This document shows positions 7,635 through 16,921 of a stretch of 64,000 nt of DNA, piece after piece. The stretch spans positions 186-64,185 of the forward strand of contig JASFKL010000001.1 in NCBI GenBank assembly GCA_050118655.1. Reading direction: 5' to 3'. How positions within the stretch are numbered: the first letter of the stretch is position 1; each line of letters begins with the position of its first letter. Below the pieces are notes generated by a model. That model searched no databases. It was not told the origin of the DNA and saw nothing but the letters and a program-made list of their open reading frames with translations. Both the position numbers and the translations under genes were made by a program. This DNA is from Gammaproteobacteria bacterium (GTDB lineage Bacteria; Pseudomonadota; Gammaproteobacteria; GCA-001735895).

Positions 7635-10265
7635 ATGAAAACCCGTTTTTGGAGTAGCGACTGGTTCGCCGGGCTGCTGATTACCATCGTGATTGTGGCG
7701 GTCTCGGGTTCCGGCCCCTTCCAAAGCCTGGAGCGCTCGTTTTACGACTGGGGCGTGCGCTCGACCGACAGGACTCCCTCCGACAAGATTGCGATCATCG
7801 CCATCGACGACGAGAGTATCGACAACCTGGGCCGCTGGCCCTGGCCGCGCGACCTCCACGCCGAATTGATCAACCGGCTTTCCGAGGGCGGAGCCAAGGT
7901 CATCGGTCAAACCGTATTTTTCCTCGAACCCCAGGTCGATCCGGGGTTGACCTATATCCGCGAACTGATCGAGTTTTTCTCTACCGCGAGCTTCGGCGAC
8001 GTTCCCGCCGATATCGATGCGCTGGGCGCGATGCTGGAACTGGGCGGCAACAATCGCAAGATAAACGATATCCTCGAATTCTATCTCCAATCGAGCCTGA
8101 ATACGCGTCTCAACCAGGATATCGAAACCCTGAAATCCCGAATGTTCGAAGCCGAGCAGGCGCTCAACACCGACGCCAAGCTCGCCGAGAGCATGGAAAA
8201 AGCCAAGAACGTCGTGCTGGCGATGGTCTTTTACCTGGGCATCCCGCGCGGCAAGCCCGACGAGGAACTGCCCGACTACGTGCTGAAAAACTCGATCAGC
8301 CAGATCCGTGACCGCGTATCGGCACAACCCAACGGCCTGTTCCCGATTCCGACCATCGATGCGCTGACACCGATTCCGGAAATCGGCCGCTACGCGGCGG
8401 CGATCGGCCATCTCAATACCCTGCCCGATATCGACGGCGGGGTTCGTTCAGAGCCGCTGGTGCTGCAGTACTACGACCGCTTCTTCCCGTCGATATCGCT
8501 GCAAATCGCCGCGCGCAGCCTGAACCTCGACACCAACGACATCCGCGTCAATCTGGCGGAGAGCGTCGAACTCGGCAGTCTGGCAATCAAGACCGATACC
8601 CAGCTGCAGATGAATACCTTTTACTACTCGAATCGCGATGGTTTTCCGGCATTTCCGGTGGATTCGTTTTACGACGTATTCACCGGCAAGATTCCGATCG
8701 AAAAGTATCGCGGCAAGATCGTTTTGATCGGCCCCACCGCCACCGGCGTCGGTACGCCGCAGGTCACTCCCATCGATCCCGCAATGGCGCCGGTACTGAC
8801 GCTCGCACACTCGGTTTCGAGCATCCTCAAGGAGGATTTTTTCATCGAGCCCGAATGGGGCTTCTGGGCGCGCATGGGTACCTTCCTCGTGGTTGCGCTC
8901 TACCTGATGCTGCTGATGCCGCGGTTAAAGGCCGGTGTCGCTTTCGTGGTCACCACGGTGCTGGTGCTGGCACTGATCGCCACCCATTACATACTGATGA
9001 CCGGCAGCACGATGTGGATTCAGTTGATGACCCCGGGGGCCCTGCTGGTGATCGGTTACCTGTTGATCACCACCAAGAGATTCCTGGTCACCGAGCGCGG
9101 CAAGGCCAAATCCGACGTGGAATCGGCCGAGAGCAACCGGATGCTGGGTATCGCATTTCAAACCCAGGGTCAACTCGACATGGCGTTCGAAAAATTCCGC
9201 AAGTGCAGCCCGGTCGACGAACAGGTGCTCGAGGCGATGTACAACCTGGCGCTGGATTTCGAGCGCAAGCGGCAATTCAACAAGGCCACTTCGGTGTACC
9301 AGTACATGGCCAAGCACGACAAGAGCTTCCGTGATATCGAAACCCGTATGAACCGCGCGCAGAAGATGGAAGAAACCGTCATGCTCGGCGGTAGCGGCGG
9401 ACATGCGGGCGGCACCCTGCTGCTCGATGGCAGCGGTGTCGAAAAACCGATGCTGGGCCGTTACGAAGTCGAAAAGGAACTCGGCAAGGGCGCCATGGGT
9501 ATCGTCTACCTGGGCAAGGACCCCAAGATCAGCCGGGTCGTGGCGATCAAGACCATGGCCCTGGCGCAGGAGTTCGAAGCCGACGAACTCGACGAGGTCA
9601 AGGAGCGGTTCTTCCGCGAGGCGGAAACCGCGGGGCGCCTGAATCATCCCAATATCGTAACCATTTACGATGCCGGCGAGGAGCACGATCTCGCCTATAT
9701 CGCGATGGAATTTCTCAAGGGCTACGACCTTACGAAACACTGCAAGCCCGATAACCTGCTGGAAATGAATACCGTGGTCAGCATCGTCCAGCGCGCCGCC
9801 GAGGGCCTCGATTTCGCGCACCGGCAAAACGTCGTGCACCGCGATATCAAGCCGGCCAACATCATGTACGAGCCGGAATCGGATACCATCAAGATTACCG
9901 ATTTCGGTATCGCGAGAATTACCGATTCGAGCAAGACCAAGACCGGGATGGTACTCGGCACGCCCTCTTACATGTCTCCCGAACAACTGGCGGGCAAAAA
10001 AGTCGATGGACGTTCCGACCTGTTTTCACTCGGCGTCATGCTTTACCAGATGCTTTGCGGATCCCTGCCCTTCAAGGCGGATTCGATGGCCAGTCTGATG
10101 TTCAAGATCACCAACGAAGAGGCCCCGGACATTCGCAGCGTGCGCGAGGATATACCCCATGGCCTGGTCGAAGTAATCGCCTTGGCCATGACCAAGGATG
10201 CCGACCAGCGATATCAGACAGGAGCCGATTTTGCCAATGCATTGAAAGCATTTCTGAATAATTGA
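7635..10265 (+). CDS. CHASE2 sensor domain - transmembrane - TPR-like linker - Hanks-type Ser/Thr protein kinase
   Basis: CHASE2 signature IIAIDDESIDNLGRWPWPRDLHAELI; hydrophobic helices around residues 410-470; kinase motifs LGKGAMGIVY, HRDIKPANIM, DFGIA, GTPSYMSPE; RBS GGAGA upstream of the ATG. Confidence 0.85.
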   Translation: MKTRFWSSDWFAGLLITIVIVAVSGSGPFQSLERSFYDWGVRSTDRTPSDKIAIIAIDDESIDNLGRWPWPRDLHAELINRLSEGGAKVIGQTVFFLEPQVDPGLTYIRELIEFFSTASFGDVPADIDALGAMLELGGNNRKINDILEFYLQSSLNTRLNQDIETLKSRMFEAEQALNTDAKLAESMEKAKNVVLAMVFYLGIPRGKPDEELPDYVLKNSISQIRDRVSAQPNGLFPIPTIDALTPIPEIGRYAAAIGHLNTLPDIDGGVRSEPLVLQYYDRFFPSISLQIAARSLNLDTNDIRVNLAESVELGSLAIKTDTQLQMNTFYYSNRDGFPAFPVDSFYDVFTGKIPIEKYRGKIVLIGPTATGVGTPQVTPIDPAMAPVLTLAHSVSSILKEDFFIEPEWGFWARMGTFLVVALYLMLLMPRLKAGVAFVVTTVLVLALIATHYILMTGSTMWIQLMTPGALLVIGYLLITTKRFLVTERGKAKSDVESAESNRMLGIAFQTQGQLDMAFEKFRKCSPVDEQVLEAMYNLALDFERKRQFNKATSVYQYMAKHDKSFRDIETRMNRAQKMEETVMLGGSGGHAGGTLLLDGSGVEKPMLGRYEVEKELGKGAMGIVYLGKDPKISRVVAIKTMALAQEFEADELDEVKERFFREAETAGRLNHPNIVTIYDAGEEHDLAYIAMEFLKGYDLTKHCKPDNLLEMNTVVSIVQRAAEGLDFAHRQNVVHRDIKPANIMYEPESDTIKITDFGIARITDSSKTKTGMVLGTPSYMSPEQLAGKKVDGRSDLFSLGVMLYQMLCGSLPFKADSMASLMFKITNEEAPDIRSVREDIPHGLVEVIALAMTKDADQRYQTGADFANALKAFLNN

Positions 10266-10279
10266 GCCCAGACTGTTTG

Positions 10280-11104
10280 ATGAATTTGCAAAACAAGATA
10301 ACCATCCAGGGCCTGACTGACACGGGGATAGTGCGCGGCAAGAACGAGGACGCGATCGGTTATGACAGCGCGCTGGGTCTCGTGGTTCTCGCCGATGGCA
10401 TGGGAGGTCATCGCGGCGGCGAAATAGCCAGCAGTATGACCGTCGATACGGTTATCAATCTCCTGCAGCAGCGGCTGCCGGAAATCAACTCCGGCGACGT
10501 CGACGAAGCCAGTGGATTTTCGATGGAGTCGATTTGTATCCAGGATGCCGTGGTCGCGGCCAACGAACTGGTCTACAAGACCGCCGAGGCCAATCCCGAA
10601 CACAAGGGAATGGGCACCACGATCGTGGTATTGCAGTTCTACAACAATTCCTTCTCCCTCGCCCATATCGGCGACTCGCGCTGTTATCGTCTGCGCAATG
10701 ACAAGCTCGAACAGATTACCAAGGATCACTCCCTGTTACAGGAACTCATCGACCGCGGCTTCTATACGCCCGAAGAAGCGCGCAATTCGATGAACAAGAA
10801 TCTCGTGACGCGTGCCCTGGGCATCGATCCGATCGTCATGCCGGACATACAGGAGGATATAGTCCTGAAAAATGACATATATTTGCTATGTTCAGATGGG
10901 TTAACGGATTTAGTCGAAGACGAAGATATATACTTAACTATTAAGCAATTTAGTGCTAATCTAGAAGAAGCTGCCAAGCAATTGATTACAAAGGCAAACC
11001 AGAATGGCGGAAAGGATAATATTTCGGTAATGCTGTGCCGGATTGACGATGATTTTTCGTCCCGGCAAGGCTGGTTCAACAAGATTGTCGGCTGGTTCGA
11101 CTAA
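10280..11104 (+). CDS. PP2C-family Ser/Thr protein phosphatase
   Basis: GLTDTGIVRGKNEDA...VLADGMGGHRGGEIAS...LLCSDGLTD; the track ORF starts at TTG 10262, but the ATG at 10280 is preferred; immediately downstream of the kinase stop (10265), within 4 nt of it in the TTG model. Confidence 0.85.
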   Translation: MNLQNKITIQGLTDTGIVRGKNEDAIGYDSALGLVVLADGMGGHRGGEIASSMTVDTVINLLQQRLPEINSGDVDEASGFSMESICIQDAVVAANELVYKTAEANPEHKGMGTTIVVLQFYNNSFSLAHIGDSRCYRLRNDKLEQITKDHSLLQELIDRGFYTPEEARNSMNKNLVTRALGIDPIVMPDIQEDIVLKNDIYLLCSDGLTDLVEDEDIYLTIKQFSANLEEAAKQLITKANQNGGKDNISVMLCRIDDDFSSRQGWFNKIVGWFD

Positions 11105-11150
11105 CGGATTACACACCCAGTACAAACTACTCTACAGGCTGGATAATAAA

Positions 11151-11873
11151 ATGGTCGCAAAACTGATCACTACTTCAAGCACGGGCGAAAAAACCGAGTA
11201 TGAACTGGTCAATGAAACCACCACGATTGGGCGTAAGCCGGGTAACGATATTCAAATCGATAATCTGTCAGTCAGCGGCAGGCATGCGCAGGTAATCACC
11301 ATCCTCGAAGATTCATTTCTGGAAGATCTCGGCAGCACCAACGGCACTTACGTCAACGGCAAACTGGTAAAAAAACACGCGCTCGAAGACGGCGACAGTA
11401 TCACCCTGGGCAAGTATCAAATCACCTACCAGAATAACTCCGGCGGCGGTGAACAGGATTTCGAACAAACCATGATTATCCGCCCCGGCGAAGCGGGCAT
11501 GCCCGAAGAAGCCGGCAGCAAGGAAATCGACAAGTCGGTGCAAAAAATTTCAGCGGCGATCGCCTCGGAGGCAGCCAGCACAGCCTCGTCGCCGATGTCT
11601 AACAAGGAAGCCTGCCTGCAATTGCTCAGCGGCGCCAACGCCGGCAAGGAGCTGGTATTGACCAAGGCCCTGACCACCATCGGCCAGCCGGGTGTGCAGG
11701 TGGCGGCGATCACCCGCCGTCCGCAAGGCTTTTTCCTGATTCACGTCGATGGCGGCCCGAACAACAATGTCCCGAAAGTCGGCGGCTCGGAGATCGGCTC
11801 GAACGCGCACGAACTCAAGAGCCACGACATTATCGAAGTAGCCGGCGTAAAAATGGAGTTCTACCTCAAATAA
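11151..11873 (+). CDS. FHA-domain protein (phospho-Thr reader); second half is FHA-like
   Basis: TTIGRKPGNDIQIDNLSVSGRHAQV...STNGTYVNGKLV is an FHA core; start chosen at MVAKL (11151), after the PP2C stop at 11104. Confidence 0.75.
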   Translation: MVAKLITTSSTGEKTEYELVNETTTIGRKPGNDIQIDNLSVSGRHAQVITILEDSFLEDLGSTNGTYVNGKLVKKHALEDGDSITLGKYQITYQNNSGGGEQDFEQTMIIRPGEAGMPEEAGSKEIDKSVQKISAAIASEAASTASSPMSNKEACLQLLSGANAGKELVLTKALTTIGQPGVQVAAITRRPQGFFLIHVDGGPNNNVPKVGGSEIGSNAHELKSHDIIEVAGVKMEFYLK

Positions 11874-11913
11874 AGCCGTTCCTGCTCGTCCGCATTGAAA
11901 CCGGGGGCAAACA

Positions 11914-14145
11914 ATGCAATTACAGCGCATAGTCAGGCTGGTGCTTAGCGCACTGATCCTGCTGGTCATCCTGCTCGACACCTCCGGAGTTTACAAGTAT
12001 CCATTCATCAAGCAGCTGGAAAACTGGACTTACGACGCGCGGCTGAACTTTACCCGTCCCGATACCGTCGACGATCGCGTGGTTATCGTCGATATCGACG
12101 AAACCTCGCTCGCCGAGGTCGGCCGCTGGCCCTGGGGTCGCGACCAGCTCGCGCGCATCGTCGACAACCTGTTCGACTTTTACGGGGCCGACGTGGTCGC
12201 CTTCGATATCGTATTCGCCGAAAAAGACGAGAGCTCCGGACTGGAACAGTTCGAGCAGCTGGCGCGAACCACGTTGCGCGGCGACGAGGAATATATCGAG
12301 GCGCTCGATAAGATCCGGCCGAGCCTCAAACACGACGAAATTTTCGCGCAGAGCCTGGTCGGTAAAAACGTCGTTCTCGGCTATTACTTCAAGTCCAGGT
12401 TGCAGGAAGGAGAAAGCGGTGTCACCGGCCTCCTGCCCCCCGCATTGACCAGGATGGACAGGCAGTGGAGCGAACGCCTGCCGATCAACAAGGCGGTAGG
12501 CTACGGCGGCAACCTGGAAATACTGCAAACCTCGGCACGCTCCGGCGGCTACTTCGACAACCCCTTCGTCGATGCCGACGGCGTATTTCGCCGCGTGCCG
12601 CTGGTGCAGTCCTACCAGGGCTACCTGTTCGCCTCGCTGGCTCTCGCCACTACCCAGGCGTATCTCGACGCCGACGGTATCGAGCTGGCGATCGAAACCG
12701 AGGGAACGCGCGGCGAGAACGAATATTTCGCGCTGGAGACGATTAACCTGAAGAATCACAAGATTCCCGTGGACGCCAACGGCGCGGTGTTCGTGCCCTA
12801 CCGCGGCAGGCAGGGAAGCTTTCCCTATATCCCCGCCCACGAAGTGCTGAGCCGCAAGACCAACCCGCTGGCGCTAAAGAACAAGATCGTACTGATCGGC
12901 ACCTCGGCACCGGGCCTGCTCGACCTGCGCTCTACTCCAGTACAAAACATTTATCCCGGGGTCGAGGTCCATGCCAATATCATTTCCGGCATCCTCGACG
13001 ATCGTATCAAGCACAAGCCGGCCTGGACGGTGGGTTACGAACTCGTGTTACTGATAGTCATCGCGGTCAGCATGGCCTTGCTGTTGCCGCTGGTTTCGCC
13101 GCTGCTGGCGGCGACCGGGACGCTCGGGATTACCGGCCTGGTGGTCGCCGGAACCTTCGTCGCCTGGAACAACAACCTGATCCTGCCGCTGGCGAGCCCG
13201 CTGCTGCTGATTCTGTTGCTGTTCATGCTGCACATGTCCTACGGATTCTTCATCGAGTCCCGTGGCAAGCGGCAGCTCGCTAACCTGTTCGGGCACTACA
13301 TACCGCCCGAACTGGTCGACGAGATGAGCGAATCGCCCGAGGAATATTCGCTCGAGGGCGAGAACCGTGAAATGACCGTGCTGTTTTCGGACGTGCGCGG
13401 ATTCACGTCGATCTCGGAAGGCATGGACCCGAAACAGTTGACCCAGCTCATGAACGCGCTGTTGACGCCGATGACGCGCGTCATCCACAAGAACCGGGGT
13501 ACGATAGACAAGTACATGGGAGATGCCATCATGGCCTTCTGGGGCGCGCCGCTGGCCAATGCCGAGCATGCCCGGCACGCGCTCTATGCCGCACTCCAGA
13601 TGATGGAAGAACTGAAGATAATGCAGGAAGACTTCAAGCAACGCGGCTGGCCGACGGTCAACATCGGTATCGGCTTGAACACCGGCGACATGAACGTCGG
13701 CAACATGGGATCGGAATTCCGCATGGCTTATACCGTGCTCGGCGACGCGGTCAACCTGGGTTCGAGGCTCGAGGGCCTGACCAAGGAATACGGCGTCAAC
13801 ATCATCGTCAGCGAATCCACCAAGGCGGCGATACCCGAATTCGTATTCCGAGAACTCGACCTGGTCAGGGTGAAAGGCAAGAACGAACCGGTCGCAATTT
13901 TCGAACCGGTCGGGCACAAAAACGATCTCGACAAGTCGGTCACCTCGGAGATCAGCGAATACCGCAAGGCATTGATGAACTTTCGCTCCCAGTCCTGGGA
14001 CAAGGCCGAGCTCGATTTCTTCAACCTCAACCGCATCAACCCGGACCGGCAGCTATACCAGGTCTACCTCGAACGTATCGCGGTCTACCGCAGGGAGCCG
14101 CCCGGAGAGGGCTGGGACGGCGTTTTTACGCACACCACGAAGTAA
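11914..14145 (+). CDS. CHASE2 sensor domain - transmembrane - class III nucleotidyl cyclase (probable adenylate cyclase)
   Basis: CHASE2 signature VVIVDIDETSLAEVGRWPWGRDQLARIV; TM segments around residues 365-440; cyclase core MTVLFSDVRGFTSISE...TIDKYMGDAIMAFWGAP...YTVLGDAVNLGSRLE with Lys in KxxGD. Confidence 0.85.
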   Translation: MQLQRIVRLVLSALILLVILLDTSGVYKYPFIKQLENWTYDARLNFTRPDTVDDRVVIVDIDETSLAEVGRWPWGRDQLARIVDNLFDFYGADVVAFDIVFAEKDESSGLEQFEQLARTTLRGDEEYIEALDKIRPSLKHDEIFAQSLVGKNVVLGYYFKSRLQEGESGVTGLLPPALTRMDRQWSERLPINKAVGYGGNLEILQTSARSGGYFDNPFVDADGVFRRVPLVQSYQGYLFASLALATTQAYLDADGIELAIETEGTRGENEYFALETINLKNHKIPVDANGAVFVPYRGRQGSFPYIPAHEVLSRKTNPLALKNKIVLIGTSAPGLLDLRSTPVQNIYPGVEVHANIISGILDDRIKHKPAWTVGYELVLLIVIAVSMALLLPLVSPLLAATGTLGITGLVVAGTFVAWNNNLILPLASPLLLILLLFMLHMSYGFFIESRGKRQLANLFGHYIPPELVDEMSESPEEYSLEGENREMTVLFSDVRGFTSISEGMDPKQLTQLMNALLTPMTRVIHKNRGTIDKYMGDAIMAFWGAPLANAEHARHALYAALQMMEELKIMQEDFKQRGWPTVNIGIGLNTGDMNVGNMGSEFRMAYTVLGDAVNLGSRLEGLTKEYGVNIIVSESTKAAIPEFVFRELDLVRVKGKNEPVAIFEPVGHKNDLDKSVTSEISEYRKALMNFRSQSWDKAELDFFNLNRINPDRQLYQVYLERIAVYRREPPGEGWDGVFTHTTK

Positions 14146-14151
14146 TACCGT

Positions 14152-15390
14152 TTACCAGCAGGCGCGTAATTCCCGCGCCAGTATGCCGACGCCTTTTTCG
14201 AGTTCCTCCTCGCTCTGCGCATAGTTCATGCGCACGCAACTCTCGGCGTGCGCGGACACGTTCTGCTGCCCGGGAAAGAAGTACTTGCCAGGCACGACCA
14301 GTAAACCGTTGCGCTTGAGCCGCTGGTAGAGTTCGGTAGTGGTCACGCCGAGATCTTCGAACCACAGCCACAGGAACATCGATCCCTCGGGTTTGTGGAT
14401 GTGCAGCCGCGGATCCTCGATCGCCTCGCGCAGCAGCCTGACCGCGAGTTCCGAGCGCTGCAGGTAAAACGGCCGGATGATATCGTCGCAAAGCGGTTGC
14501 AGGGCATCGTCGACGATCAGCTGGCGGACGATTTCGGCGCCGAGACCCGCCGGCGCGAGGCTGGTTATCGCGGTCATGTTGGAAAAATAGCGAATCAACT
14601 CCTCGTTGGCGATCACGATCCCGGTACGCGCGCCGGGCAACCCGAGCTTCGACAGGCTCATGCAAACGATGCAGTTATCGTTCCAGAAGGGATTGACGCC
14701 GGTGAATATGATGTTCGGGAAAGGCGTGCCGTAGGCATTGTCGATCAACAGCGGAACGTCGTGGTCGCGGGCGATCTGGTCGAGTTGCCCGCACTCGGCG
14801 TCGGTGAGCACGTTGCCGCTCGGATTGGTAGGCCGAGAAACGCAAATCAGGCCCACGGAATCGTCGGCCTCGAGCTGCTCGAAGTCGACCTGGTACTTGA
14901 AAAACCCGTCATCGAGGTGCTGAATCCTGGCCTCCTGGCTGGCGAGCAATCCCTCTTCGATACCGACGTCGCAGTAGCCGATATACTCGGGCACCAGCGG
15001 GATCAGAACGCGTTTACGGCCTTGCCTCGAGCGGCCGGCAAAAGAATTGAATAGAATGAAGAACGAACTCTGGCTACCGTGGGTCAAGGCGATATTGCGG
15101 CTGCTGATCGGCCAGCCGTAACGATCCCGGAAGTACTCGGCCAGCGCTTCGAGAAAGCCCGCCCTGCCCTGCGGCGCATCGTAGTTGGAAAGCGCCTCGA
15201 CCAGGGCGCCCGATTCCCGCAGTTTGTCGAGCACCTGGCCCACTATCTTCTTGACCTCGGGGATCGAAGCGGGATTGCCGCCGCCGAGCATGACCACGCC
15301 GGGTTGCGCGAGACCCTCGCTCAAATCGTCCATCAGGTGGGTAATACCGGAGTAACCGTTGAAATGTTCGCCGAATTCAGAAAATTTCAT
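14152..15390 (-). CDS. avtA: Valine--pyruvate aminotransferase (class I/II aminotransferase)
   Basis: Near full-length collinearity with E. coli AvtA: FGEHFNGYSGITHLMDDL...MLGGGNPASIPE...CMSLSKLGLPGARTGIV. Confidence 0.88.
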   Translation of the reverse strand: MKFSEFGEHFNGYSGITHLMDDLSEGLAQPGVVMLGGGNPASIPEVKKIVGQVLDKLRESGALVEALSNYDAPQGRAGFLEALAEYFRDRYGWPISSRNIALTHGSQSSFFILFNSFAGRSRQGRKRVLIPLVPEYIGYCDVGIEEGLLASQEARIQHLDDGFFKYQVDFEQLEADDSVGLICVSRPTNPSGNVLTDAECGQLDQIARDHDVPLLIDNAYGTPFPNIIFTGVNPFWNDNCIVCMSLSKLGLPGARTGIVIANEELIRYFSNMTAITSLAPAGLGAEIVRQLIVDDALQPLCDDIIRPFYLQRSELAVRLLREAIEDPRLHIHKPEGSMFLWLWFEDLGVTTTELYQRLKRNGLLVVPGKYFFPGQQNVSAHAESCVRMNYAQSEEELEKGVGILARELRACW

Positions 15391-15533
15391 TACGCCTGCT
15401 TAGAGTCGATAACAATTACAATTACTGACAGCATTTGAGAAAAATGCAACCGTTTTCGATCCCGCAACAACCACCCGGTTGACTGGCCCGTCCAATCTGG
15501 CAAGATTTGCGCGACGATAAATCCGGTGCGCGC

Positions 15534-15944
15534 ATGCAATATACCCACGATCTGGAATTCAAGGTACGCGATTACGAATGCGACATGCAAGGCGTGGTCA
15601 ACAACGGCGTCTACCAGAATTATCTCGAGCATGCGCGCCACGAGTTCCTGCAGGCCGAGGGTATCAACTTCGCTCAGGTGACTGCTTCGGGAATCAACCT
15701 GGTGGTGATTCGCGCGCAACTGGATTACCGGAAATCGCTGGTTTCGAACGACCGTTTCGTGGTGCGTAGCCTGTTGCGGCGGATATCCAGGGTCCGCTTC
15801 GAATTCCAGCAGGACATTTTTCGCTTGCCGGATGAAGAACTCGTGCTCAACGCGCTGATCACCGGCACCGCGGTCAACCGCAACGGCCGGCCCTGCGTGC
15901 CGGGCGAACTCGAAAAGCTGTTCAGCGCCGCCGAAGACGCCTGA
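15534..15944 (+). CDS. Acyl-CoA thioesterase, 4HBT/YbgC hot-dog family
   Basis: MQYTHDLEFKVRDYECDMQGVVNNGVYQNYLEHARHEF is a typical 4HBT N-terminus; start chosen at the internal Met of the listed ORF. Confidence 0.7.
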   Translation: MQYTHDLEFKVRDYECDMQGVVNNGVYQNYLEHARHEFLQAEGINFAQVTASGINLVVIRAQLDYRKSLVSNDRFVVRSLLRRISRVRFEFQQDIFRLPDEELVLNALITGTAVNRNGRPCVPGELEKLFSAAEDA

Positions 15945-16116
15945 GCCTTGCGGACAGGCTCGCCGGCGCGACGATCGCAAGGAATACTCGCCGCGTCGTG
16001 ATCTTGTCCCGACGGATTACGGCGCGAGGCTCTTCGCCGGTATTCCGTACGCTGCAGTTTGTATTTGCATGCGAACCGGGACGCTGAGAAAATAGTCTTC
16101 ATTTTCGGGAGATGAT

Positions 16117-16902
16117 ATGGGTTTATTATCCGGCAAGAAGGCATTGATCGTCGGCATCGCCAGCAATCGCTCTATCGCTTACGGGATAGCGCAGGCCATG
16201 CATCGCGAAGGCGCCGAACTCGCCTTCAGTTATGCCAATGACAAGCTCAAACCCCGAGTGGAGAAATTCGCCGCCCAATTCGAATCCAGTATCGTGCTTC
16301 CCTGCGACGTCACCATCGACGACGAAATCACCGGCCTGTTCGACCAATTGTCGGATCACTGGTCCAGCCTCGACGTGCTGGTGCACTCGGTGGCTTTCGC
16401 GCCGCGCGAGGCCCTGTCGGGCGACTACCTGAATAATCTCGATCGCGAGGGATTTCGCATCGCCCACGACATCAGTTCCTACAGCCTGGCGGCGCTGGCC
16501 AAGGCAGCCCGGCCGATGATGCAAAATACCCGAGGCGCGATCGTTACCATGTCTTACCTGGGCTCGGAACGCGCACTGCCGAACTACAACATCATGGGGG
16601 TAGCCAAGGCCAGTCTCGAGGCCAACGTGCGTTACCTGTCGGCGGCACTGGGTCCGGAAGGCATCCGCGTGAATTCGATATCCGCGGGACCGATCAAAAC
16701 CCTGGCGGCGGCCGGTATAGGGGATTTCAAGAAGATTCTCGACGAGGTTGCCACCAATGCACCGCTGCGCAGAAACGTCACTATCGAGGACGTGGGCAAC
16801 GCGGCGGCATTTTTGTGCTCGGATTACGCCGCCGGTATCACCGGCGAGAATATCTACGTCGATTCCGGCTATAACATCGTCAGTATGGGGGTGCTCGAGT
16901 AG
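16117..16902 (+). CDS. fabI: Enoyl-[acyl-carrier-protein] reductase (NADH)
   Basis: [27 protein letters not shown]...[24 protein letters not shown]; RBS GGGAGA. Confidence 0.93.
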   Translation: MGLLSGKKALIVGIASNRSIAYGIAQAMHREGAELAFSYANDKLKPRVEKFAAQFESSIVLPCDVTIDDEITGLFDQLSDHWSSLDVLVHSVAFAPREALSGDYLNNLDREGFRIAHDISSYSLAALAKAARPMMQNTRGAIVTMSYLGSERALPNYNIMGVAKASLEANVRYLSAALGPEGIRVNSISAGPIKTLAAAGIGDFKKILDEVATNAPLRRNVTIEDVGNAAAFLCSDYAAGITGENIYVDSGYNIVSMGVLE

Positions 16903-16921
16903 CCGCCGTCGGCGGCGAGGG

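Noticed and set aside
7617-9986. Minus-strand ORFs (7617..8411, 8925..9986) and plus 8855..9334 inside the CHASE2 kinase gene
   Set aside because: Antisense or alternative frames of a gene with unambiguous kinase motifs.
11920-13917. Minus-strand ORFs 11920..12840 and 13048..13917 inside the CHASE2 cyclase gene
   Set aside because: Antisense to an ORF carrying the CHASE2 and cyclase signatures.
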